Positions 37,613 through 49,701 of a DNA stretch of 64,000 bases are shown here, piece after piece. The number at the start of each line of letters is the position of its first letter. Positions within the stretch are counted from its first letter, which is position 1. Location of the stretch: positions 185,504,001-185,568,000 of the forward strand of contig OZ038378.1 of the NCBI GenBank assembly GCA_964036045.1. The letters are read 5' to 3'. The notes below the pieces were generated by a model, which had not been told where the DNA came from, made no database searches, and saw nothing but the letters and a program-made list of their open reading frames with translations. A program made the translations under genes and the position numbers. This DNA is from Eutreptiella sp. 'Long Island Sound 2002' (taxonomy: Eukaryota > Protista > Euglenida).

Positions 37613-40600
37613 GTATATCAAGATGTGCGAAGAACGACACCATGTCCGACCACAAGCCCTATCAATGAGGGAAAGGACCAACCTCTGGCACGAAAAGTAA
37701 AAAAAAAAGTGGGAGTATTTCCAACCGTTTGGCCGTGAGCTTTGAAAATAATGCTCTCCACAACCACAATGAACATCCCAAGGGGATTCTTGGTTCAAAC
37801 CAGCCAATGCTTCCAGGCAGGCCTACATCTCTGCCGATGCCTCCGCCCTACTTGTAGCCACCATACACAACCGCAACATTAATACCCGACCATAGCATTC
37901 TCCCAATGTGGGACCTAGTAAAATACTCTGGAAGACTCCGCAAAGTACCTGACCTGTATTTGTGTCCCCGCGGTTTCCAACGTCTCATTGGACATACACC
38001 CATGCTGGTACTTTGGTTTACGCCATCTCAAGAAACTATTAATGCTTACCAGGGTTCCTTTTCGGCTTACTTACTTACTTCGGCTAACCCAGAACTTAAC
38101 AAGAATGGGAAACCCAAAAGGGCACGGGGGTTGTCCATCAGGTCCGTATTGCTGTCTCTCCCAAACTTGGACACGATGTCAGCCTCATCACCAGGTGTGC
38201 GCAATCCTATTGACCTTGGGCCGGCATCATCACTAGCTGCACACCAAGTATGCGTGTACCGTGCATACTCATGCTCTTCGAGGACCTGCTGCCCATATTT
38301 ATGGTTAACGGCATATAGTCCCCACACCGTTGACCATGCATAGGTCACACCTCGAGTGGTACCCATTGCATTCGCATTCGGATCATCGCTCGAGGGCGAG
38401 CACCGACGCGGCGCGTGCGCGGCACGGAGATTTAGCCGCCTGGCCCAACCAAGCAGCTATGGATTAACTCGTGGCTATGCCGGGAGAGCTATAATTTCCC
38501 TCCACGAAGGACAAGGGGAGGAAAAATCAACAACCGAGTAGGGAGACCCCAAACTAGGGTGGGGCGATCTTATGTAAATTCACCCTAGGAGGCGCTTGAT
38601 AGGGCAAGACGGAGGGATGTTTACGGAGGTCTTGTACCCAAGGGCTTGCTCTTCTCAGGGGGCACTTTGTGAGGGGGTTAAAAGCCAACCCATTCTGGGT
38701 AAACCCGCTGTAAAAGTAGCACGTGGCGCAGACACCCCCCAAAAATCAGATGTTGTGTCAACATCATCGTCCTGCCCGTTTTTGCGTCATGCCCTACTTC
38801 TAGCTACATGCACACATAGAGGACTAGACAAAGACCATCACACCTGGGACCAATAGCAATTTTAGAGTCGTAGTACACCTATTAATGCGAGCCGTGTAAC
38901 TGTTCTTCACATTGGCATTGGTGAGGTGCGTATGTCGCTTGTCCTTGAGATTTTGGGCCCCCCTCCCCCATACCCTAAAAACAACACGGGGTACTTATGT
39001 GCCCAAAAGGCTAGGACCAAGGGTGGCAGCAGGTCCGGCGGTGGCAGCGGTGGCAACCAGTCCAAGCAGACGGGCTTCATGCGGTTGTTCCATATGTCCA
39101 CCAGGTTGTGTTGCAAACGTTGTGCCCGTACAGCAGCTCATCATGCGCATTGGATGCTACAACTTGAAACAATTCCTCAACAGTGGGTGTGTGGGGGTAG
39201 TAGTCATTGTGTGGTTGCTGGGGCTTGCCACAATTTGTGCTCAGAAGGATTGGTGTTCACATATTTCACGGTCAGCAACTCCCAATCATTAGTGCATATG
39301 TTGCATGATTCCACAATGGGTTCATGGAAGTGTATTCTTCTCAACATAATATCCACCAGCATGCCAATCTTTTGGGTTCAGTGATGAGTGCACATGTAAG
39401 CACATGTGTAGAGCACCGATCATGACTCATGCATGTTAGGGTTTTATCCCCAGGAATTGCTACACAACAGCCCCCTATGGCCTACCTTGGTCACAATGTG
39501 ATCATTGAGTTGGAGCCTTTCAGCACATGCGAAAAGATCGCCTCATAGTGCCCTAGGCAGTACACTACATCCCTGTCACCTGCGCATGCCAAGAAGCTTG
39601 GTGTGGAATAGTGTTGGGGGTTCCGAAGGCCATTTTAATGTGCACTAAGAAGCGCACAAGGTTGTTGCTAGATCTGAAAGTCTTGATTGGCCAAAATACA
39701 AAAATGCCCATGCTGTGTGTGATATTCTGCAATGTGTAAACAAAATACTCCCCATTAGCACCCAGCAAATGCCTTAGTTAATAGAAACTGGGCGAACATT
39801 GGACATCTCACTTTTGTGATACCCACCCACTTGGTTCAGCCAAAATGGTTGTGCTCCTGGCATGACAAGGCGTTATACCAAACCTTGTGTACCCATCCTG
39901 CAGAACCTATTCCAAATAATACCATTTGATGTGGTAGTATTTGGAAATTTTTTTTTGTTTTGGTTTCCGCGAAGCATTGCACAATGTGAAAATGTGTGCC
40001 TAATTTTCCGCATGCCAACAAAGCACTTTGTTCTTGAAGCAATTTATGCCCCTTCCATTGCACCGTCAAGGTTGTTACATTCCATCAACCTTCCGAAACA
40101 ATGGAATCTTATGGCACATCGCACCATATTCACCATGTGGGTTGTTGCGGATCATGCCCGTTGTCATATGGTTTCATTCTCCAAAATGTTATGCCGCTTC
40201 CAATCCACTGGCCATCCCCACCACCAAGGCCTGCACACCCTCCTCCATCTGCAGCAGACCGTTCCACTAGCTGCACCACCCAGGAGATCGACTCCTTCAA
40301 CTGAAGGTCGAGCTTCTCACTCAATGAAGTCATTTTCTCCTTCCATAGCATCCTCACCCACTGTCGACGGTTGGAGTTGGAGCTGCTTGCACAACTTGAC
40401 GTTATAGGTAAGATTATGAATATGCAAGAAAGAACCATGAGCAACCAGCGGAGATTGGCAAAGGGGATGTTGTCTTTGTGGATCATGTTTGTTTTGGGAC
40501 TGGAGAGGAAAGGCAAGGAAAGATGATTGGGGTGCATGGAGTGGGCATTGCGTCCAGGCTGAATTTTGAATGTGTTTCAAGCAGGTGTGTATAGGTGGGT

Positions 40601-41489
40601 CTTCTCAGAGTGTAAAAAGGTCACAAAACGGCTGTTGCCACCATTGTTGACATGTTTTTTGCATTTGTTCCTCGGTCGTTTTGTGCTGGTGGGTTGGCCA
40701 TGAATTCGCCACCCAGTGATTGGTGGCAATTCATTACTTTTTCTGATGCTGCACCTCAGAATAACCAGGGGTTTGGAGCAGATTTCTCCCTGCCCAAAGG
40801 TGGCTATTTTGTCTGTCCGCCTTGGGTTGGTTTGCTGCAGCAGGGGCTGAGTTGTGGAGTTTTGTGTTAAGCTTGCAATGTATGTGAGGTCGGTAGTGAT
40901 AATTTTGTAGCCTGTTACCAAGTGCAGGGACTCTGATGATCTGTCTCTCGTCATCAGGAACAATGAATCCTAAGGTCTGTGTTTTGTGTCCAATATTCAG
41001 ATATTCATGTAAGTTTTGTTATTCTATACCAATTGACAAAGAGGCACCGGAGAAGGAGGGCGGGGTAGGCTTCCCTGTGGGGGTGCATGGTCGGTCCTAA
41101 GACATCTGGGTGGAGCTTGAGTCAGAAGAGTAAGTTAGCCTGTCAGGAACTCAATGTTGACAGTGCAGGGGGGAATGGGTTGGATGCGGAAATGGGTGGT
41201 GGATCTGAGGGCAGCGACAGTCATGGGGACAGTGGCATGGGGCCAAGTGTGAGCAAGTGAGATGGAGAAGGTAAGGGGCACCAGGTAAGCAAGCCAAGAA
41301 CCAGAACGCGCATGCACACACTGTTAGCATTGAATAATTGACACAACGCATTGAGATGTGCACATACGTGATGCATTTCCAATGGCAATGTACGGTGCCC
41401 ACTCACATGCGCAGTAAGTCGACATCAGTGATCCAAACTTGTGGTGGGTTTTGGTGTTGTCTTGTTGCTGATGTTGTCTGGGTGTTGTT

Positions 41490-41575
41490 GTTGTTGATGA
41501 TGATGATGATGATGATGATGTTGTTGCCGCCGCTGCTGCTACTGCTGCTGCTGCTGCTGCTGTTGCCCTTGTTGT
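41490..41575. repeat. (GTT)n/(GAT)n/(CTG)n trinucleotide runs upstream of the ArsM gene
   Basis: Visible runs. Confidence 0.9.
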
Positions 41576-41654
41576 TGGAACTTATGAAGTGGCACGTGCC
41601 ATGCCATGTTGATGTGCACACACCACATTTTCTTGTCCCATTTTAGCTAGGATC

Positions 41655-44600
41655 ATGTCTTGTTGTGGACCCAAAGTTGAGCAGGAAACGACTTGTTGTG
41701 CACCCAAAGTTGAGCAGTCTTGTTGTGCAAGCCAGCCGGAGGTCTCAAAGAGTGACACATTGGAGTTGGTGAAGGATTACTATGGCAAGGTGCTGAACAC
41801 AACGAAAGACCTGAAAACGTCAGGTGTGCTGATGCGAAGCTATGGCGTGCTGAAGTCAGATGGGGAGGTTATCGGGACTTGTCCATTGTGATGTCACGTT
41901 ATCGTGAATATCGTCCCTCTGAACTAATTGGAACTTTGTGCAGCCCATGCCGATTTTCCATGGGTGCCTGGGGGTGTTGTGGAAGCGCGGGTGGACGTAC
42001 TCTACTTATCAGTCCACTCATCACCAGCGCATTGGCCCCCTGTAAGCGAGGTCACAGTGCTCCCATTGTGTTCTGGGACTGGGGCTGTGCTTGGGCAAGG
42101 AGGCGGGGGAGGGGCTGAGATCAAGGCCTGCAGTCTCAGTTCAAAGGTCCAAAGTACACCAGTGGATCAGCCACTGGAGAGGACGCGAGGGGGCGGGCAA
42201 ACCGAGAGGCTGTTCGCACAACTGTGCAAAGGCAAGTGTAGGTCTAGTGCAATATTTGTGCGGCATCAATACAGTAACACCAACGCATCCTGAGTACAAC
42301 ATCCGGTGTTTTGGTTGGTTGCATGAACTGCGGCAGAGGCAGAGACAGCGGCGGAGAGGCAGGCAGAGAGACAGGCAGAGAGGTACAGACAGAGGCAGAG
42401 AGGCAGAGAGGCCAAGAGGCAGAGCTTCGCCCCCATCGTTCCGCAGCCTGTTGCGCTGCTGACCGGCCTCCGAGGTACATCATGGATGCCTTGAAGAAAG
42501 TACCGCAGGAGATCCAAGATAAATTCTACGGGTGCGGCAGTCCTATACCCGCGGAGTTGACCGGACTGACCGTACTGGATCTGGGTTGCGGCGCCGGCAG
42601 GGACTGCTACATCGCTGCAAGTTTGGTGGGGCCCACTGGAAAGGTGATCGGTGTTGACATGACGGATGAGCAGTTGGATGTGGCGAAGAAGCATGCGGTG
42701 TGCAGTGTCCCGGCACAGGCTTCAGGGAACTCTTGGGAGCTGGCTCGCACACACTCTCTCACTCGATCCCCCTCTTCTCTCAACCCTCCCCCCACCTCTC
42801 TCTCCCCCATGCACCAAAAGTGGGAGCGGGGAACGGCCCACATGGGCAACATACGGCAAGAAGGGGCCGCGGCTCCTGCGGAGCGAGGACCCGGGTGGGC
42901 CCAAGGAGCGACCAACGGCGACCCCGGCGACGAGCAGGCGACCGAGCGGCGCGCGTCACGCTCGAAACACAGACGTGGTTCTTGCGATCTACAGCGTGTG
43001 ACGTTAGTCCTGCCGCCCGTGGCCTACAGCCTAAGGGCTTCCAGGCCTAGCGCTTGGGTATCACGGCAGCCACTCCACTCCAACCCCCTTCGCTTTCTCT
43101 GTCACTCTGGCCCAAGTCTCTCCCCTCTCTCTCATTCTCTCCCGCTGCCTCCCACTCTCTCCCAATCCTCTTCTCAGTCTTACTCAGCCAGCCCCACTCT
43201 TGTATGCGGACAAATAGTGACGGACGCACATGACATCTCGCAAGTCCCCCAAATGTTGTCCTCGTGCATTCCCTCCAACGCCCACCAGCAGTGGATGCAT
43301 GTTCATGCATATTCTCAGCTACCCTGAAAGGGTTGATGCATTATCACAAATTCTCCTCATTACCGACCAATGCTGCACAGATCCTCAGGCATACTCTGAA
43401 TTGCACAGTTCCAGTGGATGCATACACATGCATCCTCTCAGATACCACACACGTTGTCATATCACAAACGGTTGATGCCTCGACCTGCAGCGTGGCCCTG
43501 CAACGAACAGGGGCTCAATGTGCGGTACTGATCGGCTGAATGTCCCCCCGAAAGACAAGTCCAGCCATTCGTTCTTGATTGTGACTTGCTACCAAATACC
43601 CAAAGCACTTTGATTGCACCCGCTGCTTCAGCGTAATGCATAGACCTCGAGTTTTGTCACGGCGGTGGGTCTGGGCCACCGGCGGGAGGTCCGGTGACGG
43701 ATGGTGGGGGGTCTGCACAGTCAGCACAGCCGACCCCTCCCCCTCTGGGCACGAACCCCCCCCCCCCCCCCGCCTCTGGGTTGGCAGGGGGTGCATGCCC
43801 TCGTCAGTACCTACAACTCCTGCATGCGTTGCCACGTCTTCCACAGGCTGAGTTCTGCACCAAAACCTTGGCCTACCCTTCGTCTGTGTTCGATTTCAAG
43901 AAAGGATACATTGAGGCTGTGCAGGATACCGGGATCCCCCAAAACAGTGTGGACCTCATCATGAGCAACTGTGTGATCAACCTGTCACCAGACAAAGAGG
44001 CAGTGATCAATGGTTTGTGTAAGCCATGGCGGGGGAGGCTCGCATTGCAAAGTGTTGATGATTGCCAAACCCGTCTGTTAATCGTGGCGTGTCTTGGCAT
44101 TGGGACACTCCGTGTCATGCTGCACGATGGGGCACTGCATGTGCGGCGGCATGATGGCGTGTGAGGGCGCACGACGGGGCACTGTGTGTGAGGCGGCATG
44201 ACGGGGCACGGCATGTGATCGCACTGCATGCAACACTACACGCCGCGGCTGCCTCATGCTCGTCCTCTCTTTACCGCAGCTACGCTTCTGCTCTTTCAAA
44301 CGCTGTTTCGCTTTGCAGGTGCTGCGGCCGTTCTGAAACAGGGTGGCGAAATGTATTTCAGTGATGTGTATGCGGACCGGCGGTTGCCAGAGGATGTTCG
44401 AAAGCATGAAGTGCTGTGGGGCGAGTGCATCTCTGGTGCACTGTACACCGAGGTATGCACCAGACTTTGTTTTTAAGGAATTAATACAAAGCGGGGGGGG
44501 TGTCTGGGTGGGTCCCACAAAGGGCCGCTTATTCAAATTTGATTTTTCCTCAGCCAAATTTCGGGTCAAGATTTTTTTTTTTGGGTGGGTGGGTGAGCCA

Positions 44601-47600
44601 AAAGACCCCCCCCCCCTCTTATAAACGAAGTCTGGTATGCACACACCAGGGGCGTCCCCTTAGGACCCCTGGGCGTGATGTTCTCTTGTTTTCTCTGGGA
44701 TCCCCCCCGCCCCCGCCCGCACTTTGTGCTCCGTCGGGTTTACCTGCGGTTGGTTAATCGCTAACAGCCAGGGGGACCTTCCATAGCACAGGGGTCACAG
44801 CTCTCGACTCCAGGCAGGACGTCCTTCGTCCGAATTTGGCCAGACACACTGCGTTGCACGACAGTAGGTCTGAAGGTGGTACTTTAACCTGGAAAGACCG
44901 CCCCACCCTGCTGCATGAACCAAGACTACTCAGTGGTCATAGGTCTGACGCCAGGCACGATGCCCTACGTTTGACTCCGACTCAACACGACTGACCGACC
45001 GACTGACTACCAATGTGTGCTACTTGGGGATACCTTTGTACTACTTGGAAATACATGGAGTTATTTACAGCCCTCCTCCGCTTGCAAGCGTGCCACGAGG
45101 GAGGTAAGCTCAAGGATTGCCCCACCAGGGTCCGCTGCTCGTTTACAATCGCCAACCATCGTCGGTTGAAGGCCAACCGCCAATCGCCGTCGATTCGCAG
45201 CCGGTCTACAGGCCTCAAATGTTGGAGGCGGTGGTTTACGTTTTTTCCTGCGGGCCATTCGTGGAAAGTGAACATCCCATGAGTTATTGCGTGTGCAGTG
45301 CAGGACAGGGGCACTCGGAACACCTCCTGCCTACACATGGCCGCAGGCGCCCCCCTGTTGCTCCAAGCAGTTTGGGGTGACCGCCGCTCTCCCCTCGTCT
45401 GGGAATGACTGAATGTGGAGCCTCTGCCGTCGCCACCAGGGGAATGGACGCCACGGAGGCAGCAGGCTGCAATCTAGCAGTGGGACAAGCATTCCACAGC
45501 TTGCCTACAAGACTGCACTCCCCATTAACCTCCCACACGCCCTTCATCCTTGCAGCCCCCCCCCCCCCTCCAAATGACCTGGAGCCCATTGTGCTGCAGG
45601 GTCGCCAACCAGCCTTTATGGAAAGCCACCCCCTCCATTTTGTGGATTCTCTGAAACAGGGACTCCCTTGCAGAAGTTTTCCCAAACAGCCATAGTTGTG
45701 GCTTCAGAGTGCCAGTATCGAGTGTCCCCAGTATCCGGTACTTACCACTCGGATAGCGGGCCCAGCCAAGCAAGGCAAAAATATACCAACTGTAGTGGCC
45801 ATGGCTTTGGACCTCCAGAGTTCTCGACGCCCACGAGCAGGCACCTCGTTCGTCAATGTCCAGGTAGCCACGTCGGGTGTGGCACTTACCTCCCGCACCA
45901 GAGTTGATCCTGTCCCTGGGGGTATAGGCTGTTGGACTTTCACCTTTGTGCCCTGTCTGGTACAGAGAGTACCATACAAATTGTAGGAATCTTAAGGCGA
46001 ATTAATTAATTTAAAGGGTGACGCACATCAAAATTTTGGAACGGCAACAATAAAATACATCCAAATTTTAATTAATTATAGCCTGATGATCGTACAATGA
46101 GGCAAAAGGTTATTTAATCACAAAAAATAAGTTAATTCTGGGTAGTATGTTTGAACCGTCAAATAGAGAAGTCACAGCAATCATAGTCCACTTTGTTCCT
46201 ACAGTGCTTTCTTCGGTTTGTTCACCATGCAATATGTCTTCCCCGTTACCATTATTCCCCACGATGATGCATCATTTCAGTCAGCACAATGACACATGTC
46301 AACTGTTGAGTAACAATGCTGTGTATTCTAATCATGCCAAGGCTTCCTAATGCTGTTGCTACTGCTCTGGTGCTGTGTTAGTACCATGCACAAGTCACCC
46401 AGCAACCCCCAGAAGGAAGTAACGACAATCATCCAGAAGGCACCATGCATTAATTGCAACCACTCAGAATGCAAAACGAATGAACAGCAACCATCTAGGA
46501 TGTCCACTTACCCAAAAGTCAAGACAGTCGCAAGAAAATTATTCTTGGGCCTGCTAGTGTCGTTTTTCAGGTCCATTCAGGTCCAGGGGGCTCAGGCTGC
46601 CCAGGGCTCTCGCATGAACCAGCTGTATAGCCATTTGATTTTGTTGGGCCGTGTTTGGATTTGCTGAGTATTGGCACAAAGGGGTGAGGATCTGTTGGAG
46701 AATCCCATTTTGATGGAGCTTAATGCTCTGCAAAGTGGCGACCAGTGACAGATCACCATTTTTCCACGCAGGATTTCAAGCGCCTCGCACGCAAGGCAGG
46801 GTTCACAGATCCCCGTGTCCTGACTCAAACGGAAATCCAAATTCATGACCCAGAGCTCCAGCAGGTGCGCTGTTGTGCAACGATGTGTGGAAGGGCCGTA
46901 GGGTGTGAGGAGAAGTCTATTCGGTGACTTGTGCTGGATGGAAGGGACGAAGGGCGCGGGTGTTCCATAAAGTGGGTGCCATGGACGTATGGAACGTACG
47001 CAGAGGGTGGCTGCTCCGAAGCGAGAGGAGGCAGAGTCCAGGAGAAACTGGGCAGCAGCAGGAGCGAAAGGACGGATGTCTTTCAGCCGTGGACGTAGGA
47101 GACGTCTTGTGGTACAGGGGGCTGTAGTCCGAGAGGGGGTGGGGGATAGTGTCGCCGCTCAGGAATTTGACGGCAGTGGTCCCTGGCAGGTTTGGTCCTG
47201 TACCCGTCATCGTCAGGCATTCCAAAGCATCCTCAGCATTGGGAGTCCCGGCGGTGGCGACCTGTTACTGGTGGTAATTGTCCCCAGCGAAATCCCTCCC
47301 CCTCAGGTGCATTGTGTGCCATGGATGGGACCCGAGGAGTAGGGGCACTAGTGGGACCACAAACGAAACTGTACTGCAATCCACCGAGTCACACCGGTAT
47401 ACTCCCCAAGGCCATCATCCATGATCCATTCCCTTCCTTCGGCCCTCCCTCCTACCCTTCCACCCACCCTCCCTCCCTCCATCCCTCCCTCAATTCCCGC
47501 ATTCTCAGGTGGTTGGTGAAGCCCGCTTCTACAGCATTCTGTACCGGTGCTTCAAGATCGATGATCTTGAGGATGGCCCTGAAGACTACGGTCAGGTGTC

Positions 47601-49701
47601 AGCCTTTTTGTCAATTTAGTGGGCAATCACTGTGTGTGTGTGTGACTGTGTGGGATCCTGTTGTGAACCCTGTCCGTCACCCAGCGGACTGCAGGTGCCC
47701 TTGCATACCCTTTCAACTCTTTGACAGATTGAAAGACGTCTCGGGCTGCCCTGCAGCTTCTGAGGAGCTTTCCTGCCTCTGTTCTTGTGCTCTTGTTGCC
47801 CCCGTCGTGCGGAGGGGATTTGTTCAGGGTCCTGTCAACGAGGCGGGATGTCACTCATGATGTCTCAGGGTTGTGAGGATGCTGGTCGTTGTCATGCCCA
47901 TGCCAAGCCTGGATCAGGCGCGTTTTCTTTTCCTCTTTTTCCTTTCCCTGCTTCATTGGGTGGCGTCCACGACCTTGGGTCCTCTTCATGTCTTCGTTAC
48001 TGTGTCCGTCAATTCGACCCCCCTCGTTGCCGTGCTATTTCTTCTTTCAACGGATTGGTGCCCACAGGTCGCCACGTACAACGGCGGGATTCCAGGATCA
48101 TTCCATGGCTACACTTTGGATGCGTCCCACCATTTCAGTAAGGGCAAACCAATGCTGGTGTGCTTGTCTCACATCTCTCTCTCTCTCTCCCTCTCTCTCT
48201 CCATACAGCCCCATACTACAACGCCTCATCCCCAAGATTGTGCCTGCTGGGGGGTTGGGTACCTTCAGCTGCCCCTGTCTACACACACTAAAGGGTCCCA
48301 CCAGAGAGGGATGGAAGGGAGGTTTCAGGGTTTTGGTTTGCAGTTCCCCTTTGGAGGTTTTGTTTTTACGGTTTTCCTTTGGCGGGTTTCGTTTTGCGGT
48401 CTCCCTTTGGGGGTTTTCGTTTTGCGGTTTCCCTTTGCATGTTTTCGTTTCCTGGTTTCCCTTTGGAGGAGGGAAGGGAGGGGAGGTAGGAAGGGGAGGG
48501 AGGGAGAGAGCGAGGGGGCGAGACCAGGGGCTGTGTACTTGGACCAATTAGGCACAGACACATGCGACTACGCACCCCTAGCAAGCCCCACCCTCACCAG
48601 CAGGCGGCCCCAAACCCCGCGGCTGGCGGCACCATGAGCACATGGTGGGTAAATAGCTGCCCAAGGAGTGCTGTGTAGACAGTGTTGCGCCCACGCATTG
48701 ATCAAGGTGTAGTTCCTGTTCCTCGATCGACGAACGACGAGGGTCAACGAATGTGTCCACCCAGAGCGAGCAGCGTAACACAACCGATAAAAACACGGGC
48801 GCGCAGACCACGCGAGACAAGAGCAAGGAGCGCCACAAGAAACAGACGGAACACAACGCACACACCCACCTGGCACTGGAGAACCCGATAGCTGCTGGAT
48901 TGGTGATGCGGCTGGGGCCCCTGTAGCCGCTAGATTGGCGGTCAGGGCCTGCACGACGGTGTAGGACGGTAGGAATGTTGAACCTCGCCGTTTGAGCATG
49001 ATTGGAATGGCGGCCTTGGCACACACACCTAAACGCACACACGCTGTCTCTCCTATGGACAACAGTCCATATTGCCGGCAAAATCCCATGCTTTTGTAAA
49101 ATTGTCGTTGTTCTCGAGGTACTCGAACCTGCTAACATCATGCTTTTTGGGGGCCAGCCACGCATGTGCCAACTTTGCCTTCCCCACGTGCACAGATCTC
49201 AGACTAACTCTTCTGTGCGGGCACAGATCTTGAGTCGTACCACCACACCAAAGGGCCGCCAGGCCCCCCCCCATCGCCGTGTGCGTGCAGGGGCATGTGT
49301 GTGTCTGTGTGCATGCTGTGGTCTGATCTGGGCTGGGCTGGGATGATAGACACACGCCCCCTCACTCCATCCGGCACAGTCATTGAGGCCTGTCTCCGAC
49401 CTGCACTGCATCGTACTTCCACCTTGTTGCATACGCCCCTTGCACTGCGGCTGGCAACCCATACCAAGCCATGGCTTCTCTCTGTGCAATCTGACCCCCG
49501 TGTGTGTCCCCTAACTGCCCCTCTGATATCGCTCAGGTGAGTGGCAACACTGCCGCTACGCTGCAGTGCTCGAGGCTGGCGAGGTATTTTACTGTTCAGG
49601 GGGACCGTACAGTCCATTTTGGCCGCTTTGATGAGGGCCGTTCGTCGGCACCCCCAGCTCCTTCGTCAGCGCCTTCGTCAGCGCCTCCCGCATGCTGCTG
49701 A
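41655..49701 (+). CDS. AS3MT: Arsenite S-adenosylmethionine methyltransferase (AS3MT/ArsM); exons 41655-41823, 42447-42697, 43847-44012, 44319-44452, 46772-46864, 47509-47595, 48068-48157, 49537-49701 (384 aa)
   Basis: Motifs YYGKVL, KTSACC, FYGCGSP, VLDLGCGAGRD, GVDMT, SNCVINL, GGEMYFSDVY, WGECISGA, EDYGQVATY and GNTA. Seven GT-AG introns with matching phases; exons sum to 1155 nt. Confidence 0.96.

Noticed and set aside
42698-43327. Read-through part of ORF 42311-43327
   Set aside because: Homology to ArsM stops at the GTGTGC donor at 42698; the remainder is intron.
44970-44990. 18S rRNA-like TTTGACTC..CAACACG
   Set aside because: Short, interrupted match with no flanking rRNA similarity.
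46027-46039. ATCAAAATTTTGG resembling the palindrome variant, in ArsM intron 4
   Set aside because: Single imperfect hit in an AT-rich patch; expected by chance.
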